DNA from: Spirochaetota bacterium
GTDB lineage: Bacteria; Spirochaetota; UBA4802; JAGODF01
Assembly (NCBI GenBank): GCA_026419015.1
Contig: JAOAAF010000001.1
Coordinates: 28,283-92,282 of the forward strand
Direction of reading: 5' to 3'
DNA length: 64,000 nucleotides
Shown here: positions 37,647 through 46,663 of the stretch, in pieces
Numbering within the stretch: the stretch's first letter is position 1
How the letters are laid out: every line of letters begins with the position of its first letter
The notes under the pieces: model-generated
Database searches by the model: none
What the model was told of the DNA's origin: nothing
The model's input: the letters and a program-made list of their open reading frames with translations, nothing else
Position numbers and translations under genes: made by a program

Positions 37647-38432
37647 CTATTTGCCTTTAAAATTTGCTTCACGCCGCTCAAGAAATGACATCAATCCTTC
37701 TCGCGCATCTTCGCTTTGCATAATTGGCAAAAGGTCTTGCATTAGCTTAGAAAGCGATGCGCGCGCCCCATCAATGCGGGATATCCGTGCAGAGCGCAAT
37801 GCGGCCATTACACCAAGGGGTGCTGCCTTCGCGATGCGTTCGGCGATTTCGATTGCTTTTTCAAGCTCTTTGCCCGGTTCAGTGAGTTCCTGTACCAATC
37901 CAAGGCGATATGCTTCTTCGCCGCTCATTTCATCGCCGGTAAGAAGGTATCGCATAGCATTTCCCCAGCCGATTTCCTCAAACAGGCGTACAGTTCCTCC
38001 CCCAACGGGATATATTCCGCGCTTTACTTCTAAGAGCGCAATTCTTGCATCGGTTGCTGCTATTCGTACGTCCTGAGCAAGAAGCAGTTCAAACCCAATC
38101 GTATAACAGCGCCCGCGTATTGCCATTACGACTGGCTTTTTGCAGCGATTGTCTTCGTCTAATCCAAGGGGGTGAATGAGGCCAGAAGGCAATTCCCACT
38201 TTCCTGAGGTAAAGACGCCTGCCCATTTGTCGAGTTCAAGCCCTGAAGTAAAATGTTCGCCGTGAGCAAAAAGTACCCCACAGCGCAGTTCTGGATCATT
38301 ATGGAGATGAGTATACGCGCGAGCAAGCTCTTCGTACATTTCGAGATCAAAGGCATTGCGTTTGTGTGGGCGATTTAACCCCATGAGCAACAGATGTCCA
38401 CGAGTTTCAACGGTAATTCTGGTATATTCCAT
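37647..38432 (-). CDS. Enoyl-CoA hydratase/isomerase (crotonase) family protein
   Basis: The crotonase fold motifs are LLLMGLNRPHKRNAFD and GVLFAHGEHFTSGLEL. The RBS is GAGGAG. Confidence 0.8.
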   Translation of the reverse strand: MEYTRITVETRGHLLLMGLNRPHKRNAFDLEMYEELARAYTHLHNDPELRCGVLFAHGEHFTSGLELDKWAGVFTSGKWELPSGLIHPLGLDEDNRCKKPVVMAIRGRCYTIGFELLLAQDVRIAATDARIALLEVKRGIYPVGGGTVRLFEEIGWGNAMRYLLTGDEMSGEEAYRLGLVQELTEPGKELEKAIEIAERIAKAAPLGVMAALRSARISRIDGARASLSKLMQDLLPIMQSEDAREGLMSFLERREANFKGK

Positions 38433-38568
38433 GAAACGCTCCTCATGATTTTTTAAATTTTACAATTTGTTAACGAACAATAGCAACAGATGTTCGTTGT
38501 GAGAAAATGATATCAAAACTATATGCGAAAACCAGATAATGTGGTGCGTTCGCACATTTGTCCGTCGT

Positions 38569-40050
38569 TTAAAATTGAGCGCTGGTTGAAACGCTTACGT
38601 TGGTAATTGTTTCTTCATCGCCTTTAATTTTACCATCGCCGTTTTTGTCTTCAAAGGTTACAAGATATTTGATATCAACGCTTACCCCTTCGGCTAACCC
38701 TACACCTACCACTGCACTCATTACGGTGCTTTCTGTTTTCCATTCGAAATTTTCCACGTTATTTTGTGCGTAATATGCTTTTGCCTTCGAAATGAATGGG
38801 ATTACTTTTTGATTCAAGGAAAGCTCGCCACGAATTGATTTGTCATTAATCTCTCCCCATTTCATATCCTGGTACTCGATGCGACCGACGATGATATTCC
38901 ATAAATTCAGCTTTAATCCAGCTAAACATCCTTTTGCCGCACGCGATGTTGATAGCTGTTCTTTTTTTGTCGTAATGATCAGATTTCCAGAGCCATCGTC
39001 AATGTACTTCGCCCGTTGGAGATCGTAGGTATCGTTGAAGTAGCTAAAAATGAATTCATCCGATTGTTGGCGAAAATCCCCATAGACTTCCACAATCGAT
39101 GCAATGTTCAGTTTGATCCCCGGTGCGGTGTACCCCCATCCGTTGGTCTGAAAATTTTGCGCGAATTGGGCATAAATGTCGAATTTAAGGGATTGGAAAT
39201 CGAAAAGCGAAATCCCCGCATCGGTTGACCAAAAACCGACTTTCGAGCGGATTTCCTTAATGTTTTGCAACTCGTTTCTTTCGAGTGGAGAAAGTAGCCC
39301 CGCTGCAATGAGCTCATTTATTGCGCTTTCGCTAATCCCTTTACCGCGATAGTAGTCGATATCGGTTACGTATTTGTCATTTTCGGGATATCGGTCGATT
39401 TCGTCTGGAAACCCATCATCGTCGGTATCGTGGAGGCCATTGTATTCGTTGAGATCCCCTGCAATTGATGCACCAATCTGAAATTGCGCAAAAGGTTTTA
39501 AAAAAATTCTTCCACCTCCCATAAATCCGCGCCGTTCATTTGCAAGCTCTTTCAAATTGTTAATAATAAATTCACCACCCCACCGTTCGCCGTTTATGCC
39601 CATTTCAAATCCTTGGCGTTTATAGGTAGGATATTCGAGCATGTTGGTATATCCGTTGATTAAAATGCCATACCCGAGAGTAGACCAATCCAAACCTCCA
39701 TATCGAAAGTAAAGCGGTTCGCCTTTGTGTCCAAAACGCACATAGTATATTTTGTCGACATAATCGAGCCAGTCGTTCCAATCCTCTTTTCTTACTTTCC
39801 CTTCATCATCCAAAAGCACATATATGTCGAATCCAATTCCAATTTTCCAAAGTTTAAGTTCGGGGCGAATTCCAATTTGTTGGTAGTTTTTCTCATTTAT
39901 GGAGATAGCTCCAAACACTGCGCCCATTCCGACATCGAACATGTCTGGGGTGTCGGATTGTGGTTGATCCAATTTTGGAAGTGTTTCCTGTGCAAGCGCA
40001 CTTGCCGCATACAGTATCACGAGCATAAGCGAAAGTGTATATTTCATCGA
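38569..40050 (-). CDS. Outer-membrane protein with thrombospondin type-3-like Ca-binding Asp repeats
   Basis: The signal peptide is MKYTLSLMLVILYAASALA. The acidic repeats are DTDDDGFPDEIDRYPENDKYVTDID and DKNGDGKIKGDEE. It ends in …SAQF (a C-terminal Phe, as in OM barrels). Confidence 0.55.
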   Translation of the reverse strand, partial: SMKYTLSLMLVILYAASALAQETLPKLDQPQSDTPDMFDVGMGAVFGAISINEKNYQQIGIRPELKLWKIGIGFDIYVLLDDEGKVRKEDWNDWLDYVDKIYYVRFGHKGEPLYFRYGGLDWSTLGYGILINGYTNMLEYPTYKRQGFEMGINGERWGGEFIINNLKELANERRGFMGGGRIFLKPFAQFQIGASIAGDLNEYNGLHDTDDDGFPDEIDRYPENDKYVTDIDYYRGKGISESAINELIAAGLLSPLERNELQNIKEIRSKVGFWSTDAGISLFDFQSLKFDIYAQFAQNFQTNGWGYTAPGIKLNIASIVEVYGDFRQQSDEFIFSYFNDTYDLQRAKYIDDGSGNLIITTKKEQLSTSRAAKGCLAGLKLNLWNIIVGRIEYQDMKWGEINDKSIRGELSLNQKVIPFISKAKAYYAQNNVENFEWKTESTVMSAVVGVGLAEGVSVDIKYLVTFEDKNGDGKIKGDEETITNVSVSTSAQF

Positions 40051-40152
40051 AAACCCCCTCAACAAGTTGAGAAATTTTAAAACATGAATATTCATTATGC
40101 AGGCTGGTAATTTTCAAGACAAATTTGTTTTTCGCACCAAAATATTGTTGAT

Positions 40153-42270
40153 ATGGATTTTATGTTGACGAATTTGAGCGATTGTGATCAAATACAAGTT
40201 AATGGAGGAGGATTGGCTGTGATGGGCAATAAACGACCAAGATTGCACTATTTGTTTTATTATTGTTTTGCGATATTTGCAAGTTGCACGGGAGTTCAGG
40301 AAAAAGAAACGCAAACAATCGATCTTTCAACAGGGTGGTATTATGCTGTAGGCGAGGTGAGCGATACGCCGACTGATGCAATGCAACGCAATTATTTACC
40401 CATTCGCGAGCTTTTGCATGTTGAAAAGCTGCATCCACAAGAAGAAGGAGTCGTGTGGCTTAAAAAGGAATTCGTTGTACCTGCAATGTTTCTTGGTAAA
40501 CAGGTTTCGGTGATTCTCGGCACAATCAATCCTGCTGATGAAACCTATTTCAACGGGAAGTTAATTGGAAAAGGTGGAAGCATCCCTTCTGAAGGGAGGC
40601 AGTTTTTTAGCGAATGGAATAGATATCGAAAATACGATATTCCGTCAGATTTTGTTGTGCGCGGGAAAAATGTCATCTTAGTAAAGCTATACGTGCACCA
40701 TGAAGGGCTCATCGAGGGAGTGTTGAAATTCGGTGAGCGAGATGCAATTGCGCGCGAATACGCAATTCACAAATTTATTCGCGAAGATATCAACGCTCTC
40801 ATTGCGTTTGTGATGCTCATCATAGGATTATATCACTTTTTAATTTTTGCCAAACGACCGAAAGATAAAGAGAATTTATACTATGCGCTCATCTCAGTCT
40901 TTTTTGCAATCTATCAGACAAATTTTTATGCATCGCACACGCCGTTTAATTTACAATATCGCATGTCGTATTTAACATTTCAGAAAATTATTTTTGTAAG
41001 TTTGTATGCAAGTGCGTATTTTTTTGTGTTATTTACCAATTCGTTTTTGGAAATAAAACTCCCGCGAATTGCCAATCTCACAATTTCCACTATTTTTGCA
41101 ATCAGCGCATTAGTTATTGTGCTCGTGAGGGATTACGGGTATTTTGTGTGGTTTTCAAAATCGCTCAATGCAATTGTGGTATTGCCCACCGTGCTTTATT
41201 GTTTTTCGTTGATTGCATATAAAGCGATTAAAGGAAATCGCATTGCGCGCATCACTCTTTTAGGATTAATTCCTTTCGCGCTATGCGTTATATTTGATGT
41301 GGTAGTACATAATATCTTAAAAAAGATCGGTTATATTTATCTTAGCGGCTTAGGCTTTCCAGCTTTTCTCATTTCAATTATGTTTATATTAGCAAACCGT
41401 TTTGTAGAATATCATAACGAGGTAGAAGAACTTAACATCACGCTCGATAGAAAAGTTGTGGAGCGAACGCGCGAATTGCAGGAAGCAAATGCCAAGCTTT
41501 CGGAAGCTTACGAAGCGATGAGCCGCGACATGAAGATGGCGGTGAGCGTTCAAGAGAGTTTTTTGCCACTAAAACCCCCACGCTTTCCAGGATGGGATGT
41601 AGCCTTATATTTTAAACCGATGTCGGGAGTTTCTGGGGATTTTTTTGATTTTTATGAGCGAAATGGCGAGCTGGTGGGCATCTCGATCTTTGACGTGTCG
41701 GGTCATGGTGTCGCATCTGGATTGCTTACGATGGTTGCAAAATCGATCATGTATAAAAATTTTCATCAAACGACCAATTCGCGGCTCGGTGCAATTGTGG
41801 AACGTGCAAACGACGATTTAATTGCAGAAATAGGCGATTCGGGATATTACATTAGCGGAATTGTTCTGCGAATAAACGATTCGATTGTGGAATATGTAAA
41901 TGCGGCGCATGTGGATTTGCTAATCAAACGCGGAGGCGGGGAGGCGAAGGTAGTGATGGAAGGCAAAAAAGAATTCAAAGGAAATTTCTTAGGCATCGAA
42001 GCGATGAAGGGAAGATTTGCTACCGTGCAGTTTAAAGTAAATTCTAACGATTCGCTGCTTTTGTGTACCGATGGTCTCGTCGAGTGTTGTAATGATGAAA
42101 AAAATCAATATGGAATCGAAAGGTTGCTTTCAGTCTTTGCAACTCTCCCGCACACATTATCTGCACAAGAAATGCTGGATTCCATAATGGAAGATTTTTA
42201 TACATTTGTTGGGCGGAAAGATGAATACCGAGATGACATCACCATCATAATTGCCAAACGCCTTTCGTAA
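40153..42270 (+). CDS. 7TM receptor with diverse intracellular signalling modules (7TMR-DISM): extracellular DISMED2-like domain, 7 TM helices, then a cytoplasmic PP2C/SpoIIE-type Ser/Thr phosphatase
   Basis: It has an N-terminal signal/anchor, an extracellular domain of about 200 aa, seven hydrophobic helices (residues about 215-420) and a coiled coil. The PP2C motifs are SGVSGDFFDF, FDVSGHGVASGLL and LLLCTDGLVE. The start may be ATG 40222, after GGAGGAGG. Confidence 0.75.
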   Translation: MDFMLTNLSDCDQIQVNGGGLAVMGNKRPRLHYLFYYCFAIFASCTGVQEKETQTIDLSTGWYYAVGEVSDTPTDAMQRNYLPIRELLHVEKLHPQEEGVVWLKKEFVVPAMFLGKQVSVILGTINPADETYFNGKLIGKGGSIPSEGRQFFSEWNRYRKYDIPSDFVVRGKNVILVKLYVHHEGLIEGVLKFGERDAIAREYAIHKFIREDINALIAFVMLIIGLYHFLIFAKRPKDKENLYYALISVFFAIYQTNFYASHTPFNLQYRMSYLTFQKIIFVSLYASAYFFVLFTNSFLEIKLPRIANLTISTIFAISALVIVLVRDYGYFVWFSKSLNAIVVLPTVLYCFSLIAYKAIKGNRIARITLLGLIPFALCVIFDVVVHNILKKIGYIYLSGLGFPAFLISIMFILANRFVEYHNEVEELNITLDRKVVERTRELQEANAKLSEAYEAMSRDMKMAVSVQESFLPLKPPRFPGWDVALYFKPMSGVSGDFFDFYERNGELVGISIFDVSGHGVASGLLTMVAKSIMYKNFHQTTNSRLGAIVERANDDLIAEIGDSGYYISGIVLRINDSIVEYVNAAHVDLLIKRGGGEAKVVMEGKKEFKGNFLGIEAMKGRFATVQFKVNSNDSLLLCTDGLVECCNDEKNQYGIERLLSVFATLPHTLSAQEMLDSIMEDFYTFVGRKDEYRDDITIIIAKRLS

Positions 42271-42354
42271 AATTTCAGCAAAAGTATTTTTTCACTTGCC
42301 GTACGTTTCACCCTGTGGGAGAATTCTTTTTGTTATCATCTCAGGGGGGATTGT

Positions 42355-43440
42355 ATGGGATTTTCATGCGGCATCATCGGACTGCCAAATGTGGGCAAAT
42401 CGACGATTTTCAATGCTCTTTCTGGTGCTCATGCGGCCATGGCAAATTATCCGTTCTGTACGATTGAGCCAAACAAAGCGGTTGTGCCAGTTCCCGATGA
42501 GCGACTTATAAAAATTTCTGAGCTTTTGAAAAAACAAAGCCCTATACCCACGCGCATTGAATTTATCGACGTCGCAGGGCTTGTGAAAGGCGCATCGAAA
42601 GGCGAAGGACTTGGCAATAAATTTTTGGGGAACATTCGCACAGTGGATGCGCTTGTGCATGTGGTGCGCTGCTTTCACCATCACGATGTGGTTCATGTGA
42701 TGGGTGAAATAAACCCCTTGCGCGATGTGGAAATAGTAAATACTGAACTCATGTTGGCCGACATTGAAGTGCTCGCTCGTGCGCGCGAGAAGGTTATAAA
42801 GCTTGCTCATTCAGGCGATAAATTGGCGCGCGCCAGGCTTGAGTTGATTGATCGCATGCTTTGCCATCTGAATGAAGGAAAAATGCTTCGCACTTTGCAT
42901 GTTTCGGAAGAAGAACATAGCCATTTTAAAGAATTTGGAATTATTACCGACAAACCATTGTTGTACTGCGCCAATGTTGGCGAAAATGGGGATGGTCTCC
43001 AAGAAGCGGCGATATTGGGAAAATGGGCAACACAGGAAGGCGCTGCATGCATTGTGCTTTCTGGAAAAATTGAAGAAGAAATATCTGAACTTCCCAATGA
43101 AGACAAAAATGAATTTTTGCGCACCATGGGAATAGAAGAATCGGGACTCAATAAATTGATAAAGGTTGCGTACAATCTATTAGATCTCATCACCTACTAT
43201 ACGACGACAACGGAGCTTCAGGCATGGACACTGAAAAAGGGAACACATGCCCAGAAGGCTGCTGGGAAAATTCATACAGATTTCGAGAAAGGATTTATTC
43301 GCGCTGAAGTCTATAACTTCACCGACCTTGTTGCATTAGGATCAGAGCATGCAATACGCGAGAAAGGCCTTTTGCGCAGCGAAGGGAGAGGATATATAAT
43401 TCAAGATGGCGATATCGTCCATTACCTTTTTAATGTGTGA
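42355..43440 (+). CDS. ychF: Ribosome-binding ATPase YchF (Obg-family GTPase)
   Basis: The G1 motif is GIIGLPNVGKSTIFNAL and the C-terminal TGS domain is present. Length is 361 aa. Confidence 0.95.
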   Translation: MGFSCGIIGLPNVGKSTIFNALSGAHAAMANYPFCTIEPNKAVVPVPDERLIKISELLKKQSPIPTRIEFIDVAGLVKGASKGEGLGNKFLGNIRTVDALVHVVRCFHHHDVVHVMGEINPLRDVEIVNTELMLADIEVLARAREKVIKLAHSGDKLARARLELIDRMLCHLNEGKMLRTLHVSEEEHSHFKEFGIITDKPLLYCANVGENGDGLQEAAILGKWATQEGAACIVLSGKIEEEISELPNEDKNEFLRTMGIEESGLNKLIKVAYNLLDLITYYTTTTELQAWTLKKGTHAQKAAGKIHTDFEKGFIRAEVYNFTDLVALGSEHAIREKGLLRSEGRGYIIQDGDIVHYLFNV

Positions 43441-43486
43441 ACGATTGCGAGTAGTGAGAATTTTCATTTAAGGGAAAGAGCGCTCC

Positions 43487-46400
43487 ATGCCAAAGATAGC
43501 GTCGCGATTGTTATGGAAATTTTTTTCTATCCAGAGAAAGGAGTTGAGATTTGTTATCCCGCTATTTTTTTTATATCTCCTTTCTGGTTCTTTTTATGCG
43601 GTTGGGCAAATTTATACTGAAACGCTTTTTTTGAAAGCGTATGGTGCTCATGGGCTTTCGCGATTTTTTGTGTATAACGGTCTTGCACTCATCATTGCTG
43701 GCATCATGTACAATTATGTGCTTTTGCGAGTTTCGCTCCAACGAGGATATCTCTTTCTCATTGCGCTATTTAGCGCGTTGATATATATTTCGCAATACAT
43801 CTCGTTTGAATCTCACCCGAAAGTGCCATTTTATTTATATCTTGGAAACTATCTTTTTACTTTTTATTTAGACGTGCACTATTTTAATTATTCATCCCAA
43901 TTCCTTTCGATCCAAAGCGCGAAGCGATTGCTTCCGCTTCTTATGGGTGGTGGAAAATTAGGTGGGATCATTGCAAGTTTTTTTCTGATTGCACTTTTTG
44001 GTCAGGATGTCGTTTTCTTTGGGAGTACGTGGTGGTTTCTCAATGGAGTTCTTCTCGTTTTTCCAATTTTGTGGATAGGAGCGCTGTATCAAGGGCGGGA
44101 GAGGAAATTTTCTCTTGAAAAAAATGAACTTTTACCCGATGTGCATCTCTTTGAAAAGATTATAAAGCGAATAGAACTTTCTTTTTCAGCGCCAATTTTT
44201 TATGTTTCGATCCTTGTCGTTTTTGTAATGGCACTCGTCAATACCGTCGCCGAATACCACTTTGCCGCAATATTCAATCGAGTGTTCACCTCAAAAAATG
44301 ATCTTGCCTTATTTCTCTCAATGTACACGTTCATTGCAGATCTCGTAACCTTATTCATTCAGCTGTTCATTGCATCGAGGCTCATTCGATTTCTGGGAGT
44401 AAAAAAATCAAATTACATTTATCCCACTGCATTTCTTGCTTTTTTTGCGTATATGATTGTATATCCAGGGTTGCTCGCAGGAATATTGCTTCGATTTTTC
44501 CGAAAAAGCATGAGCGTGATCTTTCGACAACCCGTGTTTAACATTATCTTCGCAGCTTCACCGCGACACCGCATGGCAGAAATGAAGTCGTTCATCAGCG
44601 GGATCATTTTGCCGGCGGGGATGATTGCAGGTGGTGGAATGATCCTGATAATCTACAAAAAGCTTTCAACGATTGAAGGGTATATCTTCACAGGTTTGCT
44701 CGCTCTCGCGTATGTCGCGCTTACCGCATTGCAAAATCGTGCATATGTGTTGTCGCTGAAAAAACAGCTTTTTTTTGATACTGCAACAAAGGTCGAAATC
44801 CCAACGATGATCGATTATACCGATTTTCAAAAAGATGTGAGGAATGTGGACATCAACCTCGTGATTTTGGAAGCAATATTTCGCGCTTCGCCCAATGCTG
44901 AGTTGTTATCCATTCTGGAACCACATTTTTCGAAGCTTGGAATTGAGGCGAAAGAAAAAATGCTCGAATTTACGGCGTTCGCACACACGCAATTTCGCGA
45001 AAAAATTATACGAAGTGCAGTTTGCAGCAAAGAACCACAAGTGCGCGCGCTGGCACTTCGCGCAATTCGCAACTATCCGTATGCAAAGCGCGTGGAACTT
45101 TTACAAGGATATCCCTCCGATCGACTTGAGTCGGAACAATTGGCGCTTGAAATTTTATTGGTCGATGAACGCCAAGCTCACGGCGATAGCGATATTGAAG
45201 CGTCTTCGTTTGCGATATCGCTCCTTTCTGGAAACGGTAAACCCGGGAAAAAGCCTGCTGTTGATTCGCGCATCGCTTTTCTAAAATCAAAAATTATACA
45301 AGGTTTTGCTGATCCAATTGAATTTTACGTGCTTGCGCAGGTAGTTGAATCTTCCCCATTTGCTCATATGCTTGCGGAGTTGGCATTATCAACAAAAGAT
45401 GTGCGATTGTTTAAAGCTCTCGTTGCACACGCGCATTTTTTGCCAAGAAAAATTGCTCGCAAGCTAATGTGTGCGTTTGCTCATGTGCCGTTTCGGCTGC
45501 TTTCAAACTTCATTGCGCTTTCCACTTTTTTAAAAGATGTCGATAGAGCGATGTTGTTAAATCGTCGCTATAATTTTACCTTGGAAGAAATTGAGGAGGT
45601 GTATGCAAATGGAGATTTTTTTCTGCGTGCGGTCATAAAACGTATTTTTCGAAAGTACGATTACGCGAGGTTGTCGAATTACTTTAAGTATTTGATAAGT
45701 ACCGGCGTAAGGGTCAACGAGGAAATGTTTCAGTTTATTGCCCATCAGAACAGACTGGTAGGAAATTCGTTGCTTTTACGAAGGCTTATTCGCAGTAAAA
45801 GTTTTGCAAATAAAGCGGATGCCCTTTGTGCGGACTTTTTAAATTTTGTATTGAAAAGAGAAGTAGAACTGCGAAAGCACCTTATTCTCAAAGCGGTGAG
45901 CGTGGTGACTGGTACGGAAATAGATTACGCATATGAGTCGAGTATTTTTCTTAAAGATGGCGAGATAACTGAATATATTAGGGAATTTATGGAAGCGATG
46001 GGGAAAGTTTTTAAAGATTCAGTTTACATTTTTGAAGAAGAGGTGCTTGAGGTGCAATCGCGAATTCCAGTTATGGTATCGGAATGTCCCTTTGATGTTG
46101 GAGAAGCTTTGCTTCGTACATGTGAAATTTTACCAGGAATGAAAGAAATTGTTGGATTTGCAAGCGCACGCGTTATACGGTATTTTGAGTGCAGAGCGGA
46201 TATCGAAGATCGTTTTCGAAAATATTTGAAAATGGAGGAACACAAAATGTTAAATGTGCTGGGAAAAATAATTTTTTTAAAAGGCAATGATCTTTTTTGC
46301 GATATTGGCATCGATGAACTTGTGAGAATTGCGCATATCGCAAAGGAAATAGAATTTCCAGCAGGGAAAGTCTTTATTCGGGAAAACGATATAGGGGAGG

Positions 46401-46663
46401 ATCTTTATATTATCATTGAAGGCGAAGTCGATGTGATTAAAGGGAAGAAGGTGATTGAAACTTTATCGGATGGCAGTTGCATTGGAGAACTTTCAATTAT
46501 CGATAGAGAACCACGAAGCGCATCGGTAAAAACAAAAAAGCGAACCCGGTTTTTAATGATTAACCGGAAGGATTTTCTTTTAACGGTGAAGGAAAATCCG
46601 GAAATTGCTATTGGTGTGATGAAAATCATTGCACAGCGGTTTAGGAGAGTTATAGCGAAGTGA
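43487..46663 (+). CDS. Multidomain membrane protein: N-terminal TLC/Npt (ADP/ATP-translocase-like, MFS-type) 11-12 TM domain, central HEAT repeats, C-terminal cyclic-nucleotide-binding (cNMP) domain
   Basis: Residues 1-430 are polytopic, with the TLC-family-like N-terminus KELRFVIPLFFLYLLSGSFYAV...ETLFLKAYGAHGLSRF and AKRLLPLLMGGGKLGGI. Residues 480-900 are helical repeats. Residues about 935-1050 hold the cNMP motif FPAGKVFIRENDIGEDLYIIIEGEV...GELSIIDREPRSASV. Confidence 0.7.
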   Translation: MPKIASRLLWKFFSIQRKELRFVIPLFFLYLLSGSFYAVGQIYTETLFLKAYGAHGLSRFFVYNGLALIIAGIMYNYVLLRVSLQRGYLFLIALFSALIYISQYISFESHPKVPFYLYLGNYLFTFYLDVHYFNYSSQFLSIQSAKRLLPLLMGGGKLGGIIASFFLIALFGQDVVFFGSTWWFLNGVLLVFPILWIGALYQGRERKFSLEKNELLPDVHLFEKIIKRIELSFSAPIFYVSILVVFVMALVNTVAEYHFAAIFNRVFTSKNDLALFLSMYTFIADLVTLFIQLFIASRLIRFLGVKKSNYIYPTAFLAFFAYMIVYPGLLAGILLRFFRKSMSVIFRQPVFNIIFAASPRHRMAEMKSFISGIILPAGMIAGGGMILIIYKKLSTIEGYIFTGLLALAYVALTALQNRAYVLSLKKQLFFDTATKVEIPTMIDYTDFQKDVRNVDINLVILEAIFRASPNAELLSILEPHFSKLGIEAKEKMLEFTAFAHTQFREKIIRSAVCSKEPQVRALALRAIRNYPYAKRVELLQGYPSDRLESEQLALEILLVDERQAHGDSDIEASSFAISLLSGNGKPGKKPAVDSRIAFLKSKIIQGFADPIEFYVLAQVVESSPFAHMLAELALSTKDVRLFKALVAHAHFLPRKIARKLMCAFAHVPFRLLSNFIALSTFLKDVDRAMLLNRRYNFTLEEIEEVYANGDFFLRAVIKRIFRKYDYARLSNYFKYLISTGVRVNEEMFQFIAHQNRLVGNSLLLRRLIRSKSFANKADALCADFLNFVLKREVELRKHLILKAVSVVTGTEIDYAYESSIFLKDGEITEYIREFMEAMGKVFKDSVYIFEEEVLEVQSRIPVMVSECPFDVGEALLRTCEILPGMKEIVGFASARVIRYFECRADIEDRFRKYLKMEEHKMLNVLGKIIFLKGNDLFCDIGIDELVRIAHIAKEIEFPAGKVFIRENDIGEDLYIIIEGEVDVIKGKKVIETLSDGSCIGELSIIDREPRSASVKTKKRTRFLMINRKDFLLTVKENPEIAIGVMKIIAQRFRRVIAK

